Source: Octopus vulgaris
Taxonomy: Eukaryota
Direction of reading: 5' to 3'
Assembly (NCBI GenBank): GCA_951406725.2
Contig: OX597831.1
Location: 19,220,001-19,284,000, forward strand
DNA length: 64,000 nucleotides
The position numbers were made by a program, and so were the translations under genes. Positions 29,691 to 43,244 of the stretch are shown in pieces (within the stretch, counting starts at the first letter, position 1; each line of letters opens with the position of its first letter). The notes beneath the pieces were generated by a model, which saw only the letters and a program-made list of their open reading frames with translations, made no database searches and was not told the origin of the DNA.

Positions 29691-30030
29691 GTTTCACTAT
29701 ATAAACATGAAGATATGTGTGTGTGTAAAATGTGACGTGTCTGGAATGTTACAACAACGCAGAGTTTACTATAATAACTGTTAGAAATAATTTGATTATT
29801 TAGAGTCTAATATTTCGGAATATAAAGATTCCTTCTTTAGAAATTGCAAGGAAGTAACGGAGTCTCTGTTATAACGGTTACTAAAATCAGTAGGAATTTT
29901 ATATTCCGAAATATTATATGAGTCTATGAATAATTAAATCATTTATAATAATTATTATAGTCCTCTTTGCAGTTGGGCCATTCCAGACACTTTACATTCC
30001 ATAAACAATACACAATGTTTCCAGTGAACT
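29691..30030. repeat. Degenerate ~340-bp palindrome (MITE/fold-back-like)
   Basis: Paired segments gtgtctggaatg/cattccagacac, actataataa/ttattatagt and taatatttcggaatataaa/tttatattccgaaatatta. Confidence 0.7.
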
Positions 30031-30036
30031 ACAATA

Positions 30037-30068
<32 letters not shown>

Positions 30069-30229
30069 ATATATATATATATATAGATAGAGAGATCAAT
30101 AAATGGTGGGGTTGTGTTGACCGCACGTGGAGAAATGATAAACAATGAAAAATTGTAAAAATGCAGAATGCTCGATTGAAAGAAAATTTTAAAGAATTGA
30201 GAAAATGAAAAAATATAGAAATATATATT

Positions 30230-30271
30230 TATTCAAACCGGTTTTCGTCATAGTTTGACTTATCAAGAATA
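30230..30271 (-). ncRNA. Minimal type I hammerhead, U3:A8 core variant
   Basis: tattc TTGATAA gtca-aacta-tgac GAAA accggt TT gaata. Confidence 0.7.
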
Positions 30272-30832
30272 GTTAGGTGAAAAGGTTTTTTAAAAATGAG
30301 AAAGGGGAAAAAAGTTGCATTGCTTTTTGCAAAAGAATAATAGTAGTAAATATGTATAAAAATTAAGAAATAAGTACTCCGATACATTGCGAGTTCGTTG
30401 TGTATCTTGAGTTTAATGATTGTTCATGAAAAATTACCTTGAGGTATTAGGATCAAATGGGATTAAGGCCATGTGTTGTTTGGTTTAATTTAGGATGTTG
30501 GCAAAACAGGAAGTAGTAGTAATTGTGGTTCTTCAGTTCCTGTGTTGTGAATAAGGGAGACAACTCTTTTGAGTTCTTCAATAAAAGCTGCTGATAAACC
30601 CCAAATTATAAAATTGTCATTTTAGCTTCATTTGCATTATTTTTTTATATAATTGTTTGTTAATTTAACTTTCAGATTTTAACACTTTATTTATATTATT
30701 TTCTAATTATATAAATTTGCATAGACAATTGCATTTCAGATTGTTATATTATAAATAATAAAGATGATGGTAATAACAACAATAGTAAAAATGATATTTC
30801 AAGATTATAAGTTTTTGCTTGAAGTGATGAAT

Positions 30833-32991
30833 CTATGGTATCCTTATATATTTGTGTGAGTCCATCCATGAAGAATGAGGTAGAAAAGGGAAGTTTGATC
30901 CACGAGGAGTTTGTATATTAAGTTGTGTTTGGAATTTTTCAATAAAGAGATTCTCCTTGTTAATTCTCTCCTGTGTGGTGATGCCGTGTTTACATTGGTA
31001 GAAGGGGAATATATAGAATTTGGGGTTTAAGTCTTTAGCGCATGAGTCTATGTGGCCACTCAGTGGAATTTGTCGGTATTCCGGGAGATTTATTTGTTCT
31101 TTATGCACCGCTACTCGTTTACGTAACGGGAGACTCGTTTGTCCAACATAATTATGTTGGCAACCAGCGCATGTGAGAACGTCGATAAGGTTCTCGGAGG
31201 AACAGGAGAAGTTAGTCTTGATTTTAAACTTCGTACCTTGTTTGAAGGTAAATTCAGAACCTTCAAGTAGGAGGGGGCATGTCCCACAGTTTGGGCGTGC
31301 ACATTTTTTTACTGCTGGGGATGGATGTGGTGTGTGATGTTTGGCATTTGTCAAGAGTTTTTTTAAAGATTTGTGTTGCCTTTTACATTTGAGGATTTTG
31401 TGTGTATTTATAATGTTTTTCATTTTGGGGTCTGTTGACAGTAGACTGAGGTTTTGTATGATTGTGGTGTATGCTTCGATATTTTTGGGGTTGTGGGTGG
31501 AAATGTATGGAAGTATTTTGAGGTTGTGTGTGGTGTTAGGTTGGGTAGTTTTCAGTGTAATGTTATCTAGTTCTTTGGCGCGTTTTATTCCATACTCTAT
31601 AAGGGTGGAGGGATATTGGCGTTGTAATAGTGTTTTTTTGAGGTCTTGAAGGCGTATTTCTCGTGTTTTTGGATCCGAGACAATGGTGCATACCCTTTTA
31701 GCCAAATTGAAAGGGATATTTGTCTTGGTGAGTTTTGGGTGGCATGAACTAAAGAGGAGGTATTGTTGTGAGTCTGTGGGTTTGTGGTAGATGTCTGTTA
31801 TGATTTGGTTCTTAGATGTTTTTATAATTAGGAGATCAAGGAATGGTAGATGATGTTTGCTTAATTCCATAGTGAATTGGATATTGGGATGTATGTTGTT
31901 TAGTATGGTTTTGAATTCCAGGAGTTTTTCATAAGGTTCTTTCCAAATGATGAAACAATCATCCAAATACCTTTTCCAGTTTTCCTTTAGGTAGGTGTGG
32001 AAAACATGTCCAAATTTCTGGCGTGATATTTCATAGAGTGATAGTTCGAAGAAACCCATTATAAGGTTCGCAAGGACTGGTGCAGCCTTGGTACCCATCG
32101 CAATACCACATTTTCGACGGTAGTGTGTGTCGTCGAAGAGAAAAACTTGTTGGTCAGAATGAACTTGAGAGATTCTGTAATAAAAGTCTTGTTAATGCGG
32201 TCAGGGAATGTCTCTGGGTGTTTTTCTAGCCAGATTGCCTCTATACCATATTCATGTGGGATGTTGGTGTAGAGGTTGATGACATCAAAAGATACCAGGA
32301 GCGCCTCCTCGTTAACTGTTTTCGGGAGGTGTTTGAGCATGTCCAGATCATCCCTAATGAAACTTTTGATGTGGGTAAGGAAAGGTTTCAAAAGGATGTC
32401 TAGGAAATTACTCAGGCGGTGTGTTTCACAGGAGGTGCCAGCCACGATGGGCCTTAGTTTTAGGTCCTCCGGTGCTTTGATGTTGATGTGGATGTCAGTG
32501 GAGAGTTTGCAGGCTTCGGTGATGTATTTGTTTTTATGGATTTTAGGAAGGCCATAAAAAAGGCTTTGCTTGCATTTGGAATTGGTGATATAATCCCTTT
32601 CATTTTCTGTGAGTCCATGACCGTGTTGGCGTATGAGTGTGGTGAGGTTTCTGATTGTTTTTTGCTGTTTATAGTTGTTAATAACCTCATAGAAACTGTT
32701 ATTGTTAAGCATGGAAAGAACTAGGTGTTTATAAAATTCCGTGTCCATAAGGACCACAGCGCTCCCTTTATCAGCTTCTTTAATGGTAAGGTTTTTATCC
32801 AGTTGTATGTCACGTAGGTTTTTCCATTCTTCCTTACTGTAATTGGATTTTACCTTGGTTTTGCTTGGGGTAAATGGGAGACTCTGGATGTGTTTGCAAA
32901 AATCGTCCAGTGTTTTATTTCTCCCTTTTGATGGTAGGAAGTTGCTTTTATTTCTGATCAATGAATCGTCCCCATTGTTGATATTTGACAA
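30833..32991 (-). pseudogene. Penelope RT plus GIY-YIG endonuclease, left arm, frameshifted near 32100-32150
   Basis: ORFs 32059-32991 and 30833-32098. YLDD is intact; the GIY position reads LIDVL. Confidence 0.9.
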
Positions 32992-32999
32992 GGCTTCTT

Positions 33000-34063
33000 A
33001 TGATTGTTTCATCATATGGAAAGAGCCTTATGAAAAACTCCTGGAATTCAAAACCATACTAAACAACATACATCCCAACATCCAATTCACTATGGAATTA
33101 AGCAAACATCATCTACCATTCCTTGATCTCCTAATTATAAAAACATCTAAGAACCAAATCATAACAGACATCTACCACAAACCCACAGACTCACAACAAT
33201 ACCTCCTCTTTAGTTAATGCCACCCAAAACACACCAAGACAAATATCCCTTTCAATTTGGCTAAAAGGGTATGCACCATTGTCTCGGATCCAAAAACACG
33301 AGAAATACGCCTTCAAGACCTCAAAAAAACACTATTACAACGCCAATATCCCTCCACCCTTATAGAGTATGGAATAAAACGCGCCAAAGAACTAGATAAC
33401 ATTACACTGAAAACTACCCAACCTAACACCACACACAACCTCAAAATACTTCCATATATTTCCACCCACAACCCCAAAAATATCGAAGCATACACCACAA
33501 TCATACAAAACCTCAGTCTACTGTCAACAGACCCCAAAATGAAAAACATCATAAATACACACAAAATTCTCAAATGTAAAAGGCAACACAAATCTTTAAA
33601 AAAACTCTTGACAAATGCCAAACTTCACACACCACATCCATCCCCAGCAGTAAAAAAATGTGCACGCCCAAACTGTGGGACATGCCCCCTCCTACTTGAA
33701 GGTTCTGAATTTACCTTCAAACAAGGTACGAAGTTTAAAATCAAGACTAACTTCTCCTGTTCCTCCGAGAACCTTATCTACGTTCTCACATGCGCTGGTT
33801 GCCAACATAATTATGTTGGACAAACGAGTCTCCCGTTACGTAAACGAGTAGCGGTGCATAAAGAACAAATAAATCTCCCGGAATACCGACAAATTCCACT
33901 GAGTGGCCACATAGACTCATGCGCTAAAGACTTAAACCCCAAATTCTATATATTCCCCTTCTACCAATGTAAACACGGCATCACCACACAGGAGAGAATT
34001 AACAAGGAGAATCTCTTTATTGAAAAATTCCAAACACAACTTAATATACAAACTCCTCGTTGA
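33000..34063 (+). pseudogene. Penelope RT C-half plus GIY-YIG endonuclease, right arm
   Basis: Begins within the DD codons of YLDD. Internal TAA at 33215-33217; LIYVL...NYVGQT EN motif intact. Confidence 0.9.
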
Positions 34064-34692
34064 TCAAACTTCCCTTTTCTACCTCATTCTTCATGGATGG
34101 ACTCACACAATATATAAGGATACCATAGATTCATCACTTCAAGCAAAAACTTATACTCTTGAAATATCATTTTTACTATTGTTGTTATTACCATCATCTT
34201 TATTACTTATAATATAACAATCTGAAATGCAATTGTCTATGCAAATTTATATAATTAGAAAATAATATAAATAAAGTGTTAAAATCTGAAAGTTAAATTA
34301 ACAAACAATTATATAAAAAAGATAATGCAAATGAAGCTAAAATGACAATTTTATAATTTGGGGTTTATCAGCAGCTTTTATTGAAGAACTCAAAAGAGTT
34401 GTCTCCCCTTATTCACAACACAGGAACTGAAGAACCACAATCACTACTACTTCCTGTTTTGCCAACATCCTAAATTAAACCAAACAACACATGGCCTTAA
34501 TCCCATTGGATCCTAATACCTCAAGGTAATTTTTTCATGAACAATCATTAAACTCAAGATACACAGCGAACTCACAATGTATCGGAGTACTTATTTCTTA
34601 ATTTTTATACATATTTACTACTATTATTCTTTTGCAAAAAACAATCAACTTTTTTCCCCTTTCTCATTTTTAAAAAAACCTTTTCACCTAAC

Positions 34693-34734
34693 TATTCTTG
34701 ATACGTCAAACTATGACGAAAACCGGTTTGAATA
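34693..34734 (+). ncRNA. Minimal type I hammerhead, right-arm copy (A9>C)
   Basis: tattc TTGATAC gtca-aacta-tgac GAAA accggt TT gaata. Confidence 0.6.
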
Positions 34735-34823
34735 AATATATATTTCTATATTTTTTTCATTTTCTCAATTCATTAAAACTTTCTTTCAATCGAGCATTCT
34801 GCATTTTTACAATTTTTCATTGC

Positions 34824-34865
<42 letters not shown>

Positions 34866-34995
34866 TACATTTATAGAAAATAGTAAAAAGTGAATAAACT
34901 ACAGAAGGCTTGTTTTAAAAGGTTAAAGAATATATATTTAAGTCAATATGTCTGAAGAATGTTATGAATTTTTTTCTTACAATGACATAGTTTAG

Positions 34996-35035
34996 AAGAA
35001 ATGACCGGTTTCGCGTTCAGCTTTTCAAATTTCTT
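34996..35035 (-). ncRNA. Minimal type I hammerhead, U3:A8 variant, in a separate pLTR-like fragment (34870-35370)
   Basis: aagaaat TTGAAAA gc-tgaac-gc GAAA ccgg TC atttctt: 7-bp stem I, palindromic stem III, GTC triplet. Confidence 0.7.
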
Positions 35036-35367
35036 ACATCGTTATGTTTACGTTGGGAAGAGTTATCGTTATGTTTATGTTGAGAGGAGTTCTAGATAAG
35101 GGGAGGTAATAAGTGATTTCTTCCGGTGTAAGGGAGATAATCGCTTAAAATATTTTGCCTTTCCTTTGGAGTGAATTTCTCTGTATATGTATGTTGGAAT
35201 GGTTAAGTCTGGGCTTGTACTTTTCAATGAAGAATGTTTCCTTGTTTAGTCTAATTAAAAATTGTGGTAGTAGTTGCTTTGCACATTTCTCAATGTGCTC
35301 ACTAATGTGTATCATTCTTTATATTTTCTATATATTCAACCACGTGCTTTCACAAACCAACTTTCTC

Positions 35368-35466
<99 letters not shown>

Positions 35467-35891
35467 TATTATATATACATATATATACTTACATGCGTAC
35501 CTACATACATACATTCTGTATCTCTAAATTTTGCTGCGCTGTGATGACCCAAAAAGTATCGTAATATTTCCAAAATAGCATATTAATATGTAGATATCTT
35601 GACTAGTAATGCAAGTAGAGTCTCTTTTTAATGAGAACATTGTACGTTTACATTGAACTAACACAGCGATATTGCATATTATTTGTTGTGCTATTATCAC
35701 TCCTTTCCTTATTTCTGTTGCCTTACTGGTACGAAATTATCATCGGCCTTACCAATATATCTCATTTATATGAAAATGATATGTTTTTGGTTATTACAGT
35801 AATATTGATATTGGTGTGAAGTAGGTGTGATATACTGTCATTACAGTTGTAATATACGTTCATATTGTGGCCTTATAACAGTTGTACGTAC

Positions 35892-35927
35892 CTCAGGTCT
35901 GCTCGAGTTCTCCTCATTGCTAGGGAA
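35892..35927 (-). CDS. Gene B exon 4, 36-nt microexon (FPSNEENSSRPE)
   Basis: Acceptor tcttttttacag, donor gtacgt. Paralogous to 54374-54409. Confidence 0.78.
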
Positions 35928-37523
35928 CTGTAAAAAAGAATTTATGTATTGTGAAATTGAAAATTCAACACAAATAGCACGTCTATTATCTCTTATTCAA
36001 TATTCCCAAACGAAGAATGTTATCATTAGACGAAATTGCGTTGCATCATACCTATCTCGGAAGAGTAAATACCAGTAATACACTATGTTTGGTCAGGGAT
36101 GAGGAAAAGAGAAGTCAATTGTAAAGTAGGATGCAGCTTTGTTTCGTTCACCTTAAATCCTCTCAGTCACATACTTCAGGAAATAGTACACTATAATCGG
36201 AATATATATCGTGTGATAAGAAGCGGTATATCAGACCTGAAGATGCGCTCAACTTGGCAGATGACATGAAGCTGCGAGGAAACATGTATGCATGAAAGAG
36301 TATCTACGATGCATATGACTTCAATGGTTGCGTTCCGCAACATCTGCATCGAATCGTTCCAACATAGTCAGCCTTGAGATGTTCGAGCTTGGGCGACATC
36401 ATAACAATTTTAAAGACAAATGTGAACCTAAATGATGTAGTATCATACGGACGTAGCATAGAACTACATCATGCTGACTCTTTAACATCCTAGTATCCTT
36501 TTCCGATATTCGAGATGTGCTACTCTTTGAAAAACAGAAGCAATTGTCAAACTTTTAATTTACAATGCTTCCGACAATTACTTTCCAACACCACACTACT
36601 CCTACTCTTAGATTAGATGTAAGCATCAACAGACATAAGTAGTAATTAGCAAACTCACCGCCTCTCAACTGAAATATCTAAACACATACAACTACAGAAG
36701 ATACGCCAGAACTACAAATTATAAACCACTAAATAGAAAAATCAAGCCTAGATATGCTGTCATTTATAAAGCACTATGGAACTTCACAGCATAATACAAT
36801 ACATGAAACAATCACATGTTGCCATATATAAGGCAATATATGACTAGAGAACACTAAACAAAACATACACACACACTTATGAACTGATATCAAAAATTAG
36901 CATCAAGTAATTCGCTTGCTCTAAACACGTCATTTACTATGAGTGATAAGCAGAAGGAGTGTATATGAGCCGAGCAAAAAACTAAATCAATTTTTACAAT
37001 TGGAAAATGTTGAACTAGGAAATAACGAAGGACAAAAAGGGGATTGTCTGTGTGTCTCACATAATCAGCGCTTTTACCGCTTCCCATAATATTTATTAGA
37101 CCCTGTCAGTATGATAAGTTTTGTACTTAGCTCATGAGATGTATGTTATAATGAGGACCAATTCACTTTTCGTCGTAGTTAATCGTTCAAGAAAATGTCC
37201 AAATCCTGTACGTTTGCACTAAAGAGCAGTTCTAATATGCCACACAGCAAGTTAATTTTCTTCTGCTGTTTTTTTAAAAGTTGTTTCGAAGTTAAATTGT
37301 CGAGATAATTATTACTTTTATTTTCAAACTAACCTATTCCTTTTCACAAATATTCACCAAGAGTTAAATTATGTAAGCACAATAAAACTTGTGGAAATCT
37401 CCACGTTTTATATAATATAATTTTATAGCATATATATCCACCACTGAAACTGGCGAAGCTAACAAGGAAATTGACTAAACAATAGTAATAACAACTGAGC
37501 GCTGAGTAATGAAAAGATCTTAC

Positions 37524-37608
37524 CTCACAGGTTTCGAAATACACGAAATCATAGTATTTATGGCAGGGGCGTATTGTATGAAAACAATGATCAAAATCTT
37601 TGTAACGT
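37524..37608 (-). CDS. Gene B exon 3, 85 nt (RYKDFDHCFHTIRPCHKYYDFVYFETCE)
   Basis: Acceptor ttcttttcgcag, donor gtaag, phase 2-0. Confidence 0.85.
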
Positions 37609-38677
37609 CTGCGAAAAGAATCATAAATTATTGGCAAAAAGAAAATGTTGAATTATTCTGAATTTTAAGAAGGTATTTCGTTATGACATGTAAGCGATTC
37701 CAAGCGAAATTTATGTCTTATATTCCTGGAGCACGAAAAAAATGTATTAAACAATGGAGGCATATTTAATTGATTTCAACCAAAGTGAACGAACATACAT
37801 CTTCCTCAAAAATAGAATTCAATATTTTCCACCAAAATCGGAGTTAATGGCTTCATGTATATTCTACTGCTTGGATGGGTAAGTAAAAGAAAAATAAATA
37901 CTGCTACTTTTTTTTTTATTCAGAATGGAATGTAGGCGACAAAAACGGTGCAAAATTGATGTCTCGTGTTCCTTAATGACATCTGGGGCGAGTTAACCCC
38001 CTTCTCTATGACATTCAGTTGTTTCACCCACCGGTACTTTAAGGGATTAAACACTGCCGCGCTAAATCGCGGCCTATCGTCATATATGTGGCGTTTCTGT
38101 ATTGATTATGTAAGGTCGATAAATATATATATATACAAATATGTGTATATGTGTGCATGTGAGTGTTTCTGTGTCTGTCTGTTTTTGTGCATGTATATAC
38201 ACACACACACATATTTGTCTTTGAAATGTTTTCAAGCTTCATGATAATTCAACAAAATGAAACATAATTTTTTACAAAAGTACTTGTTTTGCTGTATTCT
38301 GTATTTTTTTTTTGTATCTGATACTTCTTATGGATCTTCTAAAATGAAGGTGTATGCATTAATTTGCCACATCTCTATACGAAGACCGAGGAATCTTTCG
38401 AAATAGAATTTATTTTAACGAGATACCAATTGATGAGTCACATATACACCGAGTGACACACCTAAATCAGATTTTCAGAACCACACCCCAAGGTATCGCT
38501 GCTAGATGGGTGAAAACAATTGTAGTGATCAGCATAGAAAGATTTTCGCATTTTCCATCTTCTCTCTCTCTCTCTCTCATTAACCAAATACCCAGCGACC
38601 ACTGAGCCAGTGAACGCGCTTTACCGGCCAACTGGCAGATGTATAATTTACGATTAATTAACTAATAATAATAATTA

Positions 38678-38850
38678 CTTCTTTATTGCCCACAAGGGGC
38701 TAAACATAGACGGGACAAACAAACAAAAACAAAAGGATGAATGGTGAAGTCGACCTCGGCGGAATTTAAACTCAGAAAGTGAAGACGGACGAAGTATAGC
38801 TAAGAATTTCGCATGACCTGCTAACGTTTCTGCCAACTGGCCACCTTGAA
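38678..38850 (-). mobile_element. SINE family 2, internally deleted
   Basis: Reverse complement of the family seen at 63075-63275. Confidence 0.75.
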
Positions 38851-38879
38851 GTAATAATAACAATGGCGTGAGAGACATG

Positions 38880-39200
38880 CAATAATATACATGAGAAAAA
38901 TCCTAGAAGGGCCACTACCTAACTTTGGCATTGAGTGTTATACAACTGCCAGAAGTGACCGCCATTGTATTGTACCAAATGTATCACCCACTCCATTTAA
39001 ATTCTGGACCGGGTACTTCAATATTATAGGGTTCAAAGGGTCACAGCTCTCCAATGCTCTGCCACAAACGTAGAGAAATTTGCATAAGATGGAAGTAGAT
39101 GTCTTCAAAATGGAATTAGACATACTCGTCTCCACAATGGTCGATGAACCAACGGCAGTGACAAAGGCACATACATGAATGGTGATGTGGAACACCCAGA
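38880..39200 (+). mobile_element. 3' fragment of a CR1/L2-group LINE
   Basis: IIYMRKILEG..PNFGI...GFKGSQLSNALP...DVFKMELD...DEP, a typical RT C-terminal region. Confidence 0.7.
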
Positions 39201-39350
39201 CTCAGGAAGTCAGAAAGACCACGGCGTGACTACGGCATGACAACGGCGTGACTACGGCATGACAACGGCCTCATAGCTAAAACGAATAAAGGAGCAAAAG
39301 AATATACATATATATATATGTGCATATGTATAAGTATATATATGTATGTA

Positions 39351-39434
<84 letters not shown>

Positions 39435-39521
39435 CATATAAACACATAAATATATACATATACATATATACACTCACACATTTATATATATTTACATATA
39501 TATATATATGTATGTATGTAC

Positions 39522-39552
<31 letters not shown>

Positions 39553-39678
39553 TGTATGTATGTATGTATGTATGTATGTATGTATGTATGTATGTATGTA
39601 TGTACATGGTGGGAGAATGTGCGTGTAGCTTGAGAAATATGAAAGTAATATTAATAGAAGTAGTCAGAGCATATTTAC

Positions 39679-39778
39679 TGGCAGAAACGTTTTTCGTCCG
39701 TAATTCTACTAAAATCCATCTTGGCCTCTGGACAGTATTTATCTTGCAAGAAATTACAGTCTTGTGCCATTGCTTTTC
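39679..39778 (-). CDS. Gene B exon 2, 100 nt (GKAMAQDCNFLQDKYCPEAKMDFSRITDEKRFCQ)
   Basis: Acceptor aatatttag, donor gtaaat, phase 1-2. Confidence 0.82.
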
Positions 39779-40139
39779 CTAAATATTGATAAAACGAAAA
39801 ACACAAAGTAGGAAATGAAATCCTTGTTTTGAAATCATGTGGTTGAAAGAAAAATTCGTGAGTTTATTAAGCTCAAACTACAATAAAAAACACAAGAAAA
39901 CAGTGTCCATAATTTCCTTCTGCACTGATATAACTGTTCGTATAAATTTAGGGTCGAGAGATTTCATAATGCTGCTACGAATATTGCTATGTGTTGGTTT
40001 TGTTTCTTGTTGACTTCTTCCGGTTTGTGAAGTGAAAGTTGTTAGTAATTGTGAAGAAAAAAACAATCGTTTGAAAAGTACTTTAAAAAGGAAGTTCGAT
40101 GTATTTTTTATCGACGAATCTATGGTCTCTGTCGTTCTA

Positions 40140-40587
40140 TCTATCCATATAAAGCTGTGTGTGTGTGTGTGTGTGCGTTTGGCAGGTTTGGTAGCCTTCA
40201 ACTTACACTATCTCCTCCAAGACCCTGCGGCGCAAGTTGACCAAAATTGAGACTATGATAGAAGAAGGCCTGTTCTTCATCCCGTAGAAGAAAATATTCA
40301 AATCGGACTATGTTAAGACCAGAAATCATCAACATCACAAAGATGCTTTTTTGCCTTGAAAATTCCCATTTTTTACGATTTTTTGAGTTATGTGTCGCCA
40401 GTTTTCGGTGTATTTCAACCACAAAAATATTCACTTAAAGAGAATAACAAGCTACATAATGCAAAATAATTTTTATTTTTCAAACAAAGATTGAAACTAT
40501 GTCAAAACTTTGTTAACGTGACATCAAAGTCTGTCGTTTTAAGCGCAACTAGAAAACAAACCCAAGCAACTCCGGGCTATACTGCTA

Positions 40588-40588
<1 letters not shown>
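40140..40588 (+). mobile_element. Non-autonomous Helitron
   Basis: A|TC start, hairpin cccaagcaactccggg, CTAG|T end. Confidence 0.75.
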
Positions 40589-40625
<37 letters not shown>

Positions 40626-42164
40626 CAGAATGTGTATCTTTCCGTGTCTTCGTCATGCCGTTACAACTCGAGATCCAGCCAACCGATTTTAATGAAATTT
40701 TACACATGCATTACATATCGTCCATGGAGTATATGTGCCTAAACAATATCCAACTACTTGCCTAATGTGGGCCCAAGAGCAGATAAACCGCAACTTTGAA
40801 GCATTTTTGCAGCGTCAAGGGCCATAACCCGAAGAGTATCCAGTCGCTTTCCTCCGAATTTGCAACAAACATTAATCAGGATCCTCGAATTCCTGTTGGG
40901 TAACACATTTCCGACGCCGATAATTGGACCCCCGCAAAATGCAGATTTATCAGATTTGAACATATTACACCGAGTTTTATCTTTTTTTTAGGCCATTTTC
41001 CAACGATAAAATACTGACACTACTTATGTATTATAAGTAGCATATAATATTTCATGAAAATATTTTTGTACAAATTAGCAGAGGAAATGAGAAGATTAAA
41101 ATTTTTGTCGTGCCCTGTTCAGGCACTGTCATCGTCGCGTCGGGCCATGTGCGTGTGTGTGTGTGTGGGTGGGTAAAGGCACAGGAAACCCATTCGTCCA
41201 TTCTCCAGAAGTGCCCTGTTGATGCTTCACGTTTCCAATCCTGCGCAATGCAGCATGGCCCGGCAGCATGTCTGCTTTCTATGTCATCCATGTCTGACCT
41301 ATATATTGCCAAATGTTCATACAAAATATTAGGCCCCCAACTGTGATCACTCCTCCGTTTAGTCAGAGTAAATACTGAGTGTTCCAGAATTAATGATGAA
41401 TTTTTTAAACTCACATTTATTTATGTTTATTATGTTGAATATGGATTAATAGTGTATAAATTTTTAAATTTTGTTTATAATTTTATCTTCCTTCCAGTTG
41501 GACCCCTCCCGTTTGTCCATGACACCTTCTTTTTCAATTTGGCAGCAATCGTTTTCTTTACCTCCATTCCCCAAGATGGAGCGAATGTTTAGCTGAGCTT
41601 GAAGAACACATTCAGTTAGCTGTGCAGGAGCTAACTCTTGAAATGCTTCAAAATGTGTTTCACTAAGGAGAGATTGGAAGTATACAAAGACACAGACATG
41701 TTGAAAATTTTCAATAAATGTTTAACGTAAGATTTATAAATCTTTTTTTGTTTTTTGGTAACAGACATAAGATGCTGTCATTTTTTTTTATTTTCTCAAT
41801 TTCATGGTGTAGCTTTCTTACTTGTTGCATCTCTCGAGTAAATATTAAAATCAAAGGTCATCTCACCGTAGACAACCCATTTTTTGTGAAGCACATTGTA
41901 TCAATGAGTATATTATGTTTTATAGGAGTGGCTGTGTAGTTGAGAAGCCTGCTTTCCAAACATGTCACTCTCTGTGCTGACCAAAGCCTTGTGTATTATA
42001 TAATTACCGTTGCTGAATTAATATATCAAATAACAGAACTCGCTTATTATTGTCATATAATAAACAGACAAAAGTTCGTGTATGAAATTGATTTTTTTTC
42101 TACTTCAATTGTTACGTTTTTTCGTATAAAATACACACATACAGGAGCAGTAAATGTATGTATG

Positions 42165-42205
<41 letters not shown>

Positions 42206-43139
42206 TAACACTTTGAATGTGGCTCCCGAGAAAGTGTAAAAGTAATTACCTGATCAATGATGTATTACTGCTAGTATTTCAAGAAAATATAGATAGACTT
42301 ATTTCCTTGATTGCTGATATAGGCAAACATAAATGCGTTATGGGAACTGTTTTCTGTTACTGTTGTATCGCATATGTTGCATATGTGCTAAGGGAAACTA
42401 CGTATAAACTATTCCGTAATGTTCTTTTTAGAGAACAATATTTTATAACCTTTTTTCTTGTTCACTGTACAGTACAACTTTATAATCAACGATGGCGCCA
42501 CGATCATCCGATTTCTTTTATTTGTTTCAGTGTTTGGGCTACTTGCCCACCACGGCGGCACCGTTCTGAAGGGTTTAGTCGAAAACATTGATTCGAGTAC
42601 TAATTTGTATGAGCATCCTGCAAAATCTGTTGTTTTCTTTTGCCGAGGTTACAGAGTGGTAAACAAAACAACACCGGTCATTATTTCATGAAATTGAATC
42701 GTCCTCTTTTAACATCCATCTTCTATACTGGCATGAGTTGGACGGCTTGACATTCAGGGCATGATGGGTTCACGAAGTGAATGTTGCCAGAGTGTATGCT
42801 TTGCATGATTTCTATGGCCGTATACTTGCCTCTGTCTCTGTTAATGCTATAAATGTGACGGATTTAATGCTATTGATTCTCGTGTTGGCTGCCCTCCAGA
42901 TTTCGATTGCATCAAATGTTTTGTTTCAGTAGAATGGGATTTGTTATTATGTGTAAACATTTACGGAGAATAGAACACACATATTTCGCACACAATCATC
43001 CAGCCTGACAACTAGGTCCCATCCACTACCACACGCAGCAAGTCATACATACATATGTGCTTGTGTATGGTTATGTGTGTGCGTGCGTGTATCAAAGATA
43101 AGATTTTGTTAGTAATATAATGATTAAATAGCAACTCAC

Positions 43140-43179
43140 CAACAATGAAAACTAAGATAACAGTACAAGAATTCATCAT
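43140..43179 (-). CDS. Gene B exon 1, 40 nt, signal peptide (MMNSCTVILVFIV-G)
   Basis: ATG at 43179, donor gtgagt, phase 1. Confidence 0.8.
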
Positions 43180-43237
43180 ACTTATTTGTGTCAAACGGGT
43201 TTCCTAGAGAACTACATACAATGATCTTTTCTAAATT

Positions 43238-43244
43238 CTTTATA
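43238..43244 (-). promoter_or_regulatory. TATA box of gene B
   Basis: TATAAAG ~60 bp upstream of the ATG; position conserved with gene A. Confidence 0.6.

Larger units (their letters stand above)
30096..34822. mobile_element. Penelope-like element 1 (Neptune-like), head-to-head inverted pair of 5'-truncated copies
   Basis: Left copy on minus (30143-~32995), right copy on plus (33000-34822), giving a ~1.8-kb inverted repeat. RT motifs ADKG, LRPIV, SFDVINLYTNI, MGT and RYLDD; Cys linker CARPNCGTC; GIY-YIG EN. Flanked by (TA)n. Confidence 0.93.
35550..37810. repeat. Segmental duplication unit, paralogous to ~54010-57510
   Basis: Colinear matches such as agatatcttgact.gtaatgcaagtaga, gaagagtaaataccagtaatacactatgtttggtcag and gtctcacataatcagcg. 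Confidence 0.85.

Noticed and set aside
39220-39270. Short tandem repeat cggcgtgactacggcatgacaa
   Set aside because: Two-copy local duplication with no spacers or cas genes; not CRISPR.
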